A DNA stretch of 64,000 nt from an uncultured delta proteobacterium (GTDB taxonomy: Bacteria > Myxococcota_A > Polyangia > Polyangiales > B10-G4), in contig CAVSGI010000012.1 of the NCBI GenBank assembly GCA_963727445.1, positions 96,001 to 160,000 on the forward strand. Direction: 5' to 3'. Made by a program: the position numbers and the translations under genes. This document shows, piece after piece, positions 19,082 to 30,946 of this stretch; positions within the stretch are counted from its first letter, which is position 1; each line of letters begins with the position of its first letter. The notes beneath the pieces were generated by a model. It was not told where the DNA came from and did not search any database. It saw nothing but the letters and a program-made list of their open reading frames with translations.

Positions 19082-20586
19082 CGAGACCTTCGTCGCCTCC
19101 ACCACAAGAGCCCGCCGAAGGAACCGACGACCATCGCGCCGAGGTTGCCGACGTCGTGCGTCGCGGCGGCCTCGGGCTTGTGAGCCGGGGTCCCCGTTCG
19201 GCTCGCCTCCGGTCGATGATGGGTGAGGCCGATCTCGGGGACGTCGTCTCGAATCCATCGCTCGAGAGGTGCGCGCCTGTGCCGGATGAAGGCGGTGTTG
19301 GTCGCCGAGGGCGGCGCCGGGCGGGCGCCGTCCGGGGGGCCGCCCCAGATCCCGCGCTGGGGGTGCTCGCACTCGATGGGCCCGGCCCACCAGTGGAGGA
19401 TCGCGTAGCGGCCCTGGAACTGGTTGTAGCTCGCAGCCTGGCGCTCCTCGTGCAGCCGCCCGCGTCGATCCGGCGCGCCGCGGCCGCCTATCACCGCGCC
19501 GGCGGGACGGAACACCAGGTCGTCTCCGAGCGAGTCGCGATCATAACGATAGTGAAGCCGCGTCAGCACCATCTGACCTCTCGCGGCGGCGTCCCCGCCG
19601 AGGACGTCGAGGCCGAAGAGGGTGAGCTCGCTCTGACTCAGCGGCTGGGTCGGGCATGGATCACAGCTCGTCGCCTGCCAGGAGTACTCGGTGATGACCG
19701 CGCCGCGGTTCGCGCGCAGCGTCTTGTCGAAGAGCGCCGCGTAGAAGCGACCGAAGCGGTTGCGAACGGCGTTGCGCACCCGGAGGTTCGTCGGGATGAA
19801 CGCGTTGTCGTAGTTCGCCACCTCGTAGCGCTGGTCGGGAGCGAGGATGTGGACGATCAGATCCTGCGTGCCCTCGCTGTTGAGCAGGCCCAGGCGCACC
19901 GGCAGCGAGAAGGTGTCGGCGTCGTAGTGGAAGCGCAGGGGCGAGAGCATCGCGCGGCCCTCTTCGAAGGACACCCGCTCGACGTCCACCTTGGCGACGA
20001 AGAACTTCGTGCCCTGCTCGACGTAGGGCCGCAGCACCTCGCCCGCGCCTTCGGGGATGTTGTAGTGCTCCTCGCGAAGCCAGGTGTCGAGGCCCGAGCT
20101 GTCCCGGGCGCTCAAGATCTGGATGTCGTACTCGCCGACCGCGAACTCGGCCTCGACGGTGACGCCGTGTCGTTCGGCACGCATCGACGGCGCCCGCGTC
20201 CGCACGGGGGCCCGGCCGCCGACCCTTGCCCGCCGGTAGCGAATGCGCCGGGGCCGCGCGCAGGGGTCGTGCTCCCAATATTCGACGAGGCGAGGCGCCG
20301 CGAGCTGGTCGACGCGATCGAAGACCGTGTGCGGGAGAGTCTTGACGTCGTCCTCCGCGAGGACGACGGGCACCGGCACCACCATCGCGAAGTCCTGGGG
20401 TGGCCCCTGATACGCGTTCTGCATCGACAAGACGGTCCGGCGTCCCTGACGCATCAGGACGACCTTCGTCGCTTCGTTATAGAGGTCGCCGTCGCTGCCG
20501 CTCACGTAGAAGCCACAGAAGGCGTGAGCGGCGGTGGGGATGCAGAGGAGCCCAAGAGCGGCGAGGAAGGTGAGTGGCTTTTGCAT
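19078..20586 (-). CDS. DUF2330 family exported protein with C-terminal TM/basic tail
   Basis: AHA-FCGFYV, TVLSMQN.YQGP, FAMVVPVP, APRLVEYWE, LPVRLG, LTRLH; tail GGLLWWRRRRSR. Confidence 0.88.
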   Translation of the reverse strand: MQKPLTFLAALGLLCIPTAAHAFCGFYVSGSDGDLYNEATKVVLMRQGRRTVLSMQNAYQGPPQDFAMVVPVPVVLAEDDVKTLPHTVFDRVDQLAAPRLVEYWEHDPCARPRRIRYRRARVGGRAPVRTRAPSMRAERHGVTVEAEFAVGEYDIQILSARDSSGLDTWLREEHYNIPEGAGEVLRPYVEQGTKFFVAKVDVERVSFEEGRAMLSPLRFHYDADTFSLPVRLGLLNSEGTQDLIVHILAPDQRYEVANYDNAFIPTNLRVRNAVRNRFGRFYAALFDKTLRANRGAVITEYSWQATSCDPCPTQPLSQSELTLFGLDVLGGDAAARGQMVLTRLHYRYDRDSLGDDLVFRPAGAVIGGRGAPDRRGRLHEERQAASYNQFQGRYAILHWWAGPIECEHPQRGIWGGPPDGARPAPPSATNTAFIRHRRAPLERWIRDDVPEIGLTHHRPEASRTGTPAHKPEAAATHDVGNLGAMVVGSFGGLLWWRRRRSR

Positions 20587-20627
20587 GAGGTGCATCAGAC
20601 GCTTTGGACGGCCCCCGTCTTGGTGGA

Positions 20628-22184
20628 CTACTTCCGGCCGGCCGAGTTCCGCCGACGATACAGAAGAAGTGCGGTGACGAGAAAGCCGAGGCCGAAAGCC
20701 CCCCAGGGCGTCCGAGGATCGCTGACGGAACAGCTGGCGCAGCCGCCTTCTCCCGCCGCCGCGGCCGGGGCGGGTCCATTGTCGGTGACTGTGTGTGCGG
20801 CGGAGGGGGGCCGGCCCGCGACGATGCCGAGGGAGGGGATGTCCTCCTCGATCATCACACCGAGGACGGGGATGGCGCTCCCGGACGGAGGTGCCGACAT
20901 CCGTGAGGGCGCCGCCACGGGCGGGCTCTGGGCGCCGGTGGGCGGACCGCCCCAGTTGCCGCGCTGCGGGGATTCGCAGGCGATGGGCCCCTCCCAGAAA
21001 TGGAGGATCGAGTAGCGGCCCTGGAAGTTGTTCATCGAGCCCTCGAGGCTCGCGCCCGATTCGGTGAAGTGGCCGACGGCATCGGGGATCCCCCGCCCGC
21101 CGTACACCGGGGGCGCAGGACGGAACATCAGATCCTCGCCGAGGCTCTCGGGCGTGTATCGATAGTGCAGTCGGGTGAGCACGAAGCCGTAGGGCTGACC
21201 GGGGATGACGTCGCCACCGAGTGTTTGGATCGTGCTCGGGTCGAGCGCCGGGGTCGGGCAGGGGTCGCAGCTCGAGGCGTCCCAAGCATACTCGGTGACG
21301 ACCGCATTCGGCGTCTTGGCGAGGGTTTCGGAGAAGAGGGCTTCGTAGAAGCCTCCGAATTCGTCGCGCACGGCGTCGACCACCGGGATGTTGGTGGGGA
21401 TGAAGACGTTTCGATAGTTGGCCGCTTCGTAGCGCTGGCCGCGAGCCAGGATGTGGACGATCAGGTCCTGCTGACCCTCGCTGTTGAGAAGACCGAGCCG
21501 CACCGGCAGGGAGAACTGCGGCGTGTCGTAATGAACGCGGAGCGGTGAGAGGATGGCGCGGCCGTTTTCGAAGGTGACGCGTTCGACATCGACCTTGGCG
21601 ACGAAGAACTTCGTGCCCTGCTCGACGTAGGGCCGCAGCACCTCACCGGCGCCGTCGGGAATGTTGTAGTGCTCGTGGCGGAGCCAGGTGTCGAGGCCGG
21701 ACGAGTTCCGAGCCGAGAGGATCTGGATGTCGTATTCACCCACCGCGAACTCGGCTTCGACGCGTACGCCCAGGCCCTCGAGCCGGTCTTCGCGCTCGGC
21801 GCCGCCGGTGGCCGAGGTCGTTCGCGGCATCGCCGCCATGTCCAGCTGCACCTGTGGCGTACAGGGATCCTGCTCCCAGTACTCGACCAGGCGCGGCGCG
21901 GCGAGCTGGTCGACGTGCGTGAAGACCTCACGCGGGAGCGTCTTCACGTCGTCCTCGGAGAGCACGACGGGGACCGGCACGACCATGGCGAAGTCGCGGG
22001 GTGGGCCCTGGAAGTTGTTCTGCATGGAGAGCACGGTTCGGGTGCCCTCCCGCATCATGACCACCATGGTGGCGTCGTTGTAGAGCTCGCCGTCGGCGCC
22101 GCTCACGTAGAAGCCGCAGAACGCGAAGGCGCTCGCGGGAGTTGTGACGAAGATCGCGGCCATCGCCGCGAGAACACGCTGCAT
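20628..22184 (-). CDS. DUF2330 family exported protein with MYXO-CTERM-like tail
   Basis: Same motif set as its neighbour; tail GGCASCSV..GLGFLVTALLLYRRR. Confidence 0.88.
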   Translation of the reverse strand: MQRVLAAMAAIFVTTPASAFAFCGFYVSGADGELYNDATMVVMMREGTRTVLSMQNNFQGPPRDFAMVVPVPVVLSEDDVKTLPREVFTHVDQLAAPRLVEYWEQDPCTPQVQLDMAAMPRTTSATGGAEREDRLEGLGVRVEAEFAVGEYDIQILSARNSSGLDTWLRHEHYNIPDGAGEVLRPYVEQGTKFFVAKVDVERVTFENGRAILSPLRVHYDTPQFSLPVRLGLLNSEGQQDLIVHILARGQRYEAANYRNVFIPTNIPVVDAVRDEFGGFYEALFSETLAKTPNAVVTEYAWDASSCDPCPTPALDPSTIQTLGGDVIPGQPYGFVLTRLHYRYTPESLGEDLMFRPAPPVYGGRGIPDAVGHFTESGASLEGSMNNFQGRYSILHFWEGPIACESPQRGNWGGPPTGAQSPPVAAPSRMSAPPSGSAIPVLGVMIEEDIPSLGIVAGRPPSAAHTVTDNGPAPAAAAGEGGCASCSVSDPRTPWGAFGLGFLVTALLLYRRRNSAGRK

Positions 22185-22247
22185 CGAGGTCCCTCCAGTC
22201 GGATCTGACGCTCTCTGTCGACGCGTGGGGCGCGGAAACGGTCTGCT

Positions 22248-23165
22248 TCAGCGATCGAAGCGGACGATCATCCAGTGATCGCCCATCTCGGTGCCCGATG
22301 CGTGGGAAGCGAGGATGGTCGCCTCGGCCTGGTGAATCGCTTCCTTGCCCGGGTCCGTGTCGGGAAGCTCCACCAGGAGCGCGTGGGCGAAGGTGGCACC
22401 ACCCACGTCCCGGATGTCGGCCACCACGAGGCGCTTCGCGCCCGCCGCGTAGCAGGCATCGACGAAGGGCGTGATGGTGCTCCGTTCGTTGCCCGAAAAA
22501 CCCGCCGTGGGATTGTTCAAGAAGGCGCCGACGTCCATGGACGCCCCCTCGAGCATCGCGCGGGCCTCGGTGTCCACGGGGCCCAGCTCGCCCTGGGGGC
22601 CTTCACCACTTCGGAAGCTCATCGCGATCCCCACGGCGGTGACCACGGCCAGGAGCCCGACGATGACGAGGAAGATGTTGCGCGGGGTCTTGGAGAGCTC
22701 GGCGCCCACCGGCGTGCCGAGGGGGATCTGGATGGGCGTGCCCGGAGTCGATGCGCGCCCGGTTTCGGCGGGCGTGCCGGGGGTCGGGCTGGCCAGGGCG
22801 GGCTGCGGGCTCGAGGCGGGCCCTGCGGGCGGCGGCCCCGGCGTGGCTGCGGGGCTGGCCGCGGTGGCCATCAAGGTGGGCGCCGATTCGCGCACCGCTT
22901 CCATCTGGGGGCGGCTGACGCTTCGCCGCGCCGACTCGACGCGATGCTCACGCAGCTCGGCCTTGGCTCCGATCCGCTGGAGCGCGGCCAACATGTTCTG
23001 CGCGTCCTCCTGGGTGAGCTTTCGCTTCATCGCGCGAGGCAGCGTCATCTCGATGTGCTGGGCCGCCTCCTCGGTCATCCCGAAGAGATCGACCAGACCA
23101 CGGATGGGGTCGGCGCCGGGCTCGAAGCCCAGAAGCCAGACGTCCCAGCCGCCCATGCCGCTCAT
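22248..23165 (-). CDS. Hypothetical single-pass membrane protein
   Basis: N-terminal L7/L12-C-terminal-like segment (AQNMLAALQRIGAKAEL), Pro-rich linker, one TM helix. Confidence 0.65.
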   Translation of the reverse strand: MSGMGGWDVWLLGFEPGADPIRGLVDLFGMTEEAAQHIEMTLPRAMKRKLTQEDAQNMLAALQRIGAKAELREHRVESARRSVSRPQMEAVRESAPTLMATAASPAATPGPPPAGPASSPQPALASPTPGTPAETGRASTPGTPIQIPLGTPVGAELSKTPRNIFLVIVGLLAVVTAVGIAMSFRSGEGPQGELGPVDTEARAMLEGASMDVGAFLNNPTAGFSGNERSTITPFVDACYAAGAKRLVVADIRDVGGATFAHALLVELPDTDPGKEAIHQAEATILASHASGTEMGDHWMIVRFDR

Positions 23166-23183
23166 GGGACGATCATACCCCGC

Positions 23184-23885
23184 CTATCGACTGAGGTCCG
23201 GAAAGTGCCGATGTCCGAAGGAGTCGTACCAGAGGAGGCGATCCAGCACCTGGGGCGCATCGAGGGGGGCGAGGCCGTATCCCCGCGCCAGCGCCACCAG
23301 TCCGGCCTCGTGCCGGAGCACCTGGGCGGTGAAGGCGTCCAGCATCGGCACGAAGTGCTCCGGGCCCGCCGTCGGGGACCGGTCGTCGGCGGGCCGCGGC
23401 ACCCCACCCGTCAGGTAGGCGATGGCCGAGTCATCCATCAGGGGAACGCTCTGTGGGACGAGGAGCGCCAGCACCTTGCTGACGGCAGCGACGCCATGAC
23501 CATCGATGCACAGCTCGCCGACATGGCTCTCGATCGCCTCACGCTCTTTTGTGCCCACGTCGCTCCAACCTGCGTAGCCCACCTCGAGGAGCGTGAGGAG
23601 CGCGGCCCATTCTTCGGCCAGCGGTGGCTTCAGCCACTTGGCGAAGACGGTCGACGGGGCGCGATTGTTGACCATCCAACTGGCGGGCATGGCGGCGCTC
23701 AGAAGTGTGGTCGGCGTCACCCCATGGGCGATCGCACGGCGAAAAGCGTCCGCGGCGAGGTCGTAGCCGAAGGCGCCAGGCAGACCTCCACGCCTCTCGA
23801 GCTTCGTCGCGCCGTCTCTCAGGTCGATGGCGTCTTCCAAGATCGGTGACAGCTTGGCACTGCGTACGGCAAAATGGGAACCCCC

Positions 23886-23894
<9 letters not shown>
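23184..23894 (-). CDS. Hypothetical protein, DUF6308-like
   Basis: GVAAVSKVLALLVPQSVPLMDD and LDRLLW resemble DUF6308; start uncertain (GTG 23894 or TTG 23840). Confidence 0.55.
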
Positions 23895-25700
<1,806 letters not shown>

Positions 25701-25804
25701 GCACCGGGCCGGGGCCCAGCGACGCCGCATCCTTCGCGATCCTGCGTCCCACAATCGTGGTCGTTCATTTAGACTCGAAGGCGGTGAGCGCTTTGGGAGG
25801 TTTC

Positions 25805-27610
25805 ATGCAGAGGCTCGTCGGTCTCGTCTGGCTTTGTCTTTCGTTGATCGGGTGTCTGGGCTCGAGCCCGGAGGAAATCGAAGGCGTCTCTTCGGAGATC
25901 ATCAACGGCACGCGTGAGACCGGCGAACGTTCGGTCGTCGCGGTGATCCGCCGCGACTGGGTCACCGGCGCCGGTGGGCTTTGTACCGGGTCCGTCATCG
26001 GGCCCTACGCGGTGCTCACCGCCAAGCACTGCGTCTACGACGGACGGACCCGCGTGCCCACTTCGGAGCTCGGGGTGATCGTCGGTGACGATCTGACGAC
26101 ACCGGGCGGGGTCGATTCCCTCCATTCGGTCCTCGAGATCCGCACCACGGCCGGCAACGACATCAACGCGGACGTGAGCAACGGCAACGACATCGCCATC
26201 CTCCTCCTCGACGGAGACATCGGCGTGCCGGCCATGGCGACGTCGACGCGGCCTCCCGCGGTGGGCAACCGCGTGACCATCATCGGCTTCGGTCGCACCA
26301 TGACCGGCACGCCCGTCGACACCGACAGCGGCGTCAAGTACTCCGGTCAGGCGCGCGTGAGCGCGATCATGGGCAACGTGATGGAGACCACCGGGACCTC
26401 CGCCACCTGTCAGGGCGACAGCGGCGGTCCCGCGCGGCACAACAGTCGCAACGAGATCCTCGGGATCACCAGCTACGGCGTCGACACCAGCTGTCGCTTC
26501 GCGAACAGCTACTACACCCGCGTCGACGTCCATCAGGCGCTCATCGCCGATGCACTCACCTACGTCCCCCCCTGCGACCCGACCCCGGAGGTCTGCGACG
26601 GCGTCGACAACGACTGCAACGGAATGACGGACGAGGGCTGCACCGCCCTGGGTCAGCCGTGCACGAATGACAGCGAGTGCGCGCGTGGAGGCTGCGAAGA
26701 CGTGGGCGGGATGCAGCTCTGCGTTCGGGATTGCGATCCCCGCGACACCATTCCGGCCTGTCCCTACGGCTTCTACTGCGAGATCACCGGCTGCGGCGTG
26801 GGGCGCTGCATCGCGGGTGATCCGGGTTCCGGCGCCGACGGAGCGGAGTGCACAGCGGATCTCGACTGCGCTTCCCTCAACTGCGGGGACGTGCGGGGGA
26901 CGATGCGGTGCGGACGAAGCTGCTCTCTCGACTCCGACCCCTGTCCCGCCGACGACGTGTGCGAAGGCGCAGGTGGCGGTGGTTGCGGGAGCTGCATCCC
27001 CGTCGAGCTGTCCATGGATCCGCGCCCCTTCGGTGCCCCGTGCGACGACTCCAGTCAGTGCCTGGATGGTATGTGCGTGGACGCTTTCTGCACGCGCGGC
27101 TGCCCGCCGGACTGCCCCTCGGGATTCCATTGTCGCGAGAGCCTCTGCCGGCGTGGCGATCTGGGTGGCCCCGGCACCAGCTGCGTCACCGACGAGGATT
27201 GCGGCGAGCTGGCGCCCGAGTGCGTCGATGCCGACGGCGATTTGATCTGCGCCGCTGCCTGTGATGCGAGTGGGGGCTGTCCCGCTGGGCTCGATTGTGG
27301 CCCCACCAGCGCCGGCGACCGCTGCGTCGCGCCCGGCCTTCCGCTCGGCGAGAGCTGCACCGCGAACGAGGAGTGCCGCACCGGGATCTGCGCTGGCACC
27401 TGCACGCGGATCTGCGACACAGCCAATCCCTGCCCCGAGGGCTTCGACTGCAATCCCGCCGGCGAGGTGAGCGGCTGCTTCCCGATGAGCGCGCCTGTGA
27501 CGCGTGACGATCGCGGTGGTTGCTCGGCGACGCACGCAGCGGTGGGCGACCTGGCTCCCCTCGCGCTCGTCCTGCTGCTTCTGCTCTCGGCGCGCCGCCG
27601 GAGGGGATGA
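25805..27610 (+). CDS. Trypsin-like S1 serine protease with Cys-rich repeats and MYXO-CTERM-like tail
   Basis: IING, triad LTAKHC / DIAIL / GDSGGP; EVCDGVDNDCNG; tail GGCSA..LLLLLSARRRRG; GGAGG RBS. Confidence 0.93.
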   Translation: MQRLVGLVWLCLSLIGCLGSSPEEIEGVSSEIINGTRETGERSVVAVIRRDWVTGAGGLCTGSVIGPYAVLTAKHCVYDGRTRVPTSELGVIVGDDLTTPGGVDSLHSVLEIRTTAGNDINADVSNGNDIAILLLDGDIGVPAMATSTRPPAVGNRVTIIGFGRTMTGTPVDTDSGVKYSGQARVSAIMGNVMETTGTSATCQGDSGGPARHNSRNEILGITSYGVDTSCRFANSYYTRVDVHQALIADALTYVPPCDPTPEVCDGVDNDCNGMTDEGCTALGQPCTNDSECARGGCEDVGGMQLCVRDCDPRDTIPACPYGFYCEITGCGVGRCIAGDPGSGADGAECTADLDCASLNCGDVRGTMRCGRSCSLDSDPCPADDVCEGAGGGGCGSCIPVELSMDPRPFGAPCDDSSQCLDGMCVDAFCTRGCPPDCPSGFHCRESLCRRGDLGGPGTSCVTDEDCGELAPECVDADGDLICAAACDASGGCPAGLDCGPTSAGDRCVAPGLPLGESCTANEECRTGICAGTCTRICDTANPCPEGFDCNPAGEVSGCFPMSAPVTRDDRGGCSATHAAVGDLAPLALVLLLLLSARRRRG

Positions 27611-30355
27611 AGAGAAACGCGATCGCAGCAGTCATCGGCGTCGGGGCGTTGTCTTACGCCGTCGCCGTCGTCCTCGTTCTCTTCTCCGCCCCCGACAAGG
27701 GGTTCCTCTCCTTCGCTCGGCGCCGGGTGGTCCAGATCGACGGCGACGGGCAAGCCGCGCGAGCGGGGCTTCGCGTGGGCGATCAAATCGTCAGCGTCGA
27801 CGGGGAGCCCCTCGATTCCACTCTCGAGTACATCGACCTGCTCTTGACGAAGCGGCCGGGGCAATCGGTGCGCATCGGCTTCCGTCACGAGGGAGAGATC
27901 CACGAAGCGGAGGTCACCCTCCACGCCGAGCGGCCGCCCATCCCTTCGGTGGTCGCCGCGGTCTTGAGCGCGATCATCGTCCTGCTCTCCTTCTTCGTCG
28001 CGAGGCGTCGACCCGACGAGACGGTCAGCCAGCTCTTCATCGTCAACGCCTCGGTGCACGCGGTGCTCTACGCGGCGGCGATGAGCTGGAGCTACCTCCT
28101 CTCCCATTCCCTCCTCCTCGGGGTCGCGGCTGTCGCGCTCTTCCTCTCGCCGCCGATGGCCTTCGAGTGGACCACCCGATTTCCGTTGAACGAGGCCGGC
28201 AGCACCCGCCGGTCTCGCGCCGCGATCTGGACCCTCTCGCTCTCTCTCGGCGTGGCCACCTCGGTCGCGACGATGCGGGCGCTTTCGACGAGCGGCGCGA
28301 CCTCCGACGCATGGCTGAGGTGGGCGGCCCGCTTCGTGACCGCCGAGCTGCTCCTTTCCGTGGTGGTCCTGGCCCTCGGGCTGATGGTGCAGTACCGCGG
28401 CCTGCGCGACGCCCGGCGTTTCGTCGGTGGCGAGCGCGCACAGCTCAAGTGGATCATCTTCGGCTCGAGCCTGAGCTTCTCGGTGGCGCTCCTCGCGGTT
28501 CCCGCCGCGGCCTCGAACCTCAATCTCTTCCTTCTCGCAGGGTATCGCCCTTACACCGTCACGCTGGCGGCGCTCTTCTTCTCCTCGAGCCACCTCGCGG
28601 TCTTTCGGATCGGTCTTGCCGACGTCGACGTCTACATCGCGCGATCGGTGGCCTACGTCGCGGCGTCGGCGGCGGCAATCCTCGGCTTCGTGGCGGTGGT
28701 CTTCGCCTTCGGCACGATCCTGGGCAGCACGATGGGCGCGGGAGAGATCTTCGGCTACCTGGGCGCGGCGCTCCTCGCCGCGGCGCTCTTCGGGCCGGTG
28801 CATCGCCGCGTGCAGCGGCTGCTCGACCGACGCTTCTCGCGGGACCGCGAGCACTACGTGGAGGCGCTCGAGGCGCTCTCGCGGCGCATTCTCCTGCTCG
28901 GGGAGATGGACCAACTCGCCGAGGAGGTGGTGGAAAAGACCGTGAGCACGGTGGGGGCCGAGCGCGGCGCGCTGCTCCTCTGCGAAGCGAGTCAGGGTGG
29001 CGAGGAGGGGACCTCGGTGGGCTTCGTCGTCGTCGCCTCCACGGGCGAGGGCGCGCCCGACGTGGGCGAGAGCTGGGAGCGCAGCGAGGCGGAGGCGCTC
29101 GAGGAGCCCTCAGTGTCCATCCCGGTGTCGGACGTGGATGCGAGCGCGCCGCCCATCGGCTACCTGCGCCTCGGACCGCGCAAGGGGGGCGACCTCTATT
29201 CGCGGCGCGATCGCGCGCTCTTGTCCGCACTCGCCGACCAACTGGGCATCGCCCTCGCCAACGGACGCGCCTACGAACGGATCGCCGAGATGTCGCGCGT
29301 CCTCGCGGAGCAGAATCGCGAGATCCGCGCGCTCCGCGACCGCCTCGAGGACGAAAACCGCTATCTCAAGGGGCGCCTGGGAGATCACCACCGCGGCGAG
29401 AAGGTCCTGACCGGCTCGTCGCGGGCGATCCGCGAGCTGCGGAAGACGCTCTCCCGCGTCGCCGGGAGCGCGGCGGTGGTGCTCCTGCGCGGCGAAACGG
29501 GGACGGGCAAGAGCCTGGTGGCCCGAGCGCTTCACGACGCCTCGCCACGCGCAGACGGCCCCTTCATTCACGTCGACTGCGGTGCGATCCCGGCGGGCGT
29601 CTTCGAGAGCGAGCTCTTCGGTCACGAAAGGGGCGCCTTCACCGGCGCCGTTCGTCACCGGCGGGGCGCGTTCGAGCTCGCCGACGGGGGGACGCTCTTC
29701 CTCGACGAGATCGGCGAGCTGCCCGTGGAGCTCCAGTCCAAGCTCGTGCGTTTCTTCTCCGAGCGCACGCTGACGCGGGTCGGCGGAACGGAGGAGGTCG
29801 AGGTGGATGTGCGCGTGGTCGCCGCGACCCACCGCCGCCTCGACGAGATGGTGCGAAAGAAGCAGTTCCGCGAGGACCTCTACTACCGCCTCGCGGTGGT
29901 GGAGATCGAGGTGCCGCCCCTGCGACAGCGCAAGAGCGACGTCCGAGAGCTCGCCCAGGCGCTCCTGCCCCGCCTCTGCCGCCGCAACCACCTCCGCGAG
30001 CGCCGACTCACCGAGGCCGCCATGGAGCGCCTCGAATCCTACGGTTGGCCGGGTAACGTGCGGGAATTGATGAATGTTCTGGAGCGGGCCGCGGTGCTCT
30101 CGGAGGGGCCTCTCCTCGCCGCTCCCGAATCTCTCCATCTCCGACGAGCCTCCCACCGCCGACGAGCTGGGGGCCGTGTCGCCGACCCCTGACGACGCCG
30201 ACCATCGCGAGGTGATGGAGGCGATCGAACGCGACCGATTGATCGCCGCGCTCAAGGCGTCCGGCGGCAATCGCTCGAGCGCTGCCCGCACCCTCGGCAT
30301 TCCGCGCACCACCCTGATCAACAAGATCCGCCGCTATGGGCTCGAGGAGAGCTGA
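27607..30355 (+). CDS. PDZ-TM-GAF sigma-54-dependent activator (apparent +1 frameshift at ~30128)
   Basis: PDZ AGLRVGDQIVSVDG; several TMs; GETGTGKS, ESELFGHERGAFTGA, LFLDEIGE, FREDLYYRL, WPGNVREL; the Fis HTH (GNRSSAARTLGIPRTTL) lies in the next frame, ending 30355. Confidence 0.88.
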
Positions 30356-30359
30356 GCGC

Positions 30360-30659
30360 GTGACGCCGGAGGACGAGGATCCCTTCGGGGACGAGCCGGT
30401 GGAGCTGCCCATCGATGGCGTGCTCGACCTTCACACATTCGCCCCGCGCGACGTGCCCGACCTGGTGCCCACCTACCTCGACGAGTGCCAGGCGCGCGGC
30501 ATCCACGAGATCCGCATCATTCACGGCAAGGGAAAGGGCGTGCTGCGCCGCACGGTGCACGCGATCCTCGAACGTCGCGACGACGTCGCTGAATACCACC
30601 TCGCCGAACCTCATCGCGGCGGGTGGGGCGCCACCCTGGTGACGCTTCGACCGAAGTGA
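30360..30659 (+). CDS. Stand-alone Smr/MutS2 domain protein
   Basis: LDLH, IIHGKGKGVLR, GGWGATLV. Confidence 0.92.
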   Translation: MTPEDEDPFGDEPVELPIDGVLDLHTFAPRDVPDLVPTYLDECQARGIHEIRIIHGKGKGVLRRTVHAILERRDDVAEYHLAEPHRGGWGATLVTLRPK

Positions 30660-30682
30660 TCGACTTTCTCGCCGGTGGCCTC

Positions 30683-30710
30683 TTGACGCGCGGGAAGGAC
30701 TGGCTACAGA
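30683..30710 (+). promoter_or_regulatory. Putative sigma-70-type promoter of the MATE leader
   Basis: TTGACG-N16-TACAGA just upstream of the leader RBS. Confidence 0.45.
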
Positions 30711-30735
30711 AGACACTTCAGGAGGAAGTGCCTCG

Positions 30736-30837
30736 ATGATGTGCCGTCATCTGCAGAAGAACACGACCGTCTTCGACCCGGATTCGGGTTGGATGCTCGT
30801 GCGTCCCGCGGCAGGTGATGGGCCGATGACCAGCTAG
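30736..30837 (+). CDS. Putative 33-aa leader peptide MMCRHLQKNTTVFDPDSGWMLVRPAAGDGPMTS
   Basis: AGGAGG at 30720-30725, ATG ATG, TAG at 30835-30837; overlaps the 5' arm of an antiterminator. Confidence 0.6.
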   Translation: MMCRHLQKNTTVFDPDSGWMLVRPAAGDGPMTS

Positions 30838-30865
30838 GTCACGAAATCCCCCCTGATTGGCACCT

Positions 30866-30905
30866 GCCGCGAACCGATGACTTCGGTCCGCGGCTTTTTC
30901 TTTTT
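30866..30905 (+). terminator. Intrinsic terminator (attenuator) upstream of the MATE gene
   Basis: GCCGCG-A-ACCGA-tgact-TCGGT-C-CGCGGC followed by TTTTTCTTTTT. Confidence 0.85.
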
Positions 30906-30946
30906 CGGAGGAGCGACACACCGCGGGCCCTTTTGGGAGAGAGACG

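Noticed and set aside
23855..23870. Sigma-54 promoter before dnaK (TGGCAC...)
   Set aside because: Spacing is GG-N11-GC, not the required N10
30074..30355. Separate small Fis-like gene
   Set aside because: It is the out-of-frame C-terminus of the upstream activator
30711..30946. FMN or other known riboswitch upstream of the MATE gene
   Set aside because: Only a GAAATCCC fragment resembles the FMN aptamer and the other conserved blocks are missing; a leader ORF with a strong RBS explains the region better
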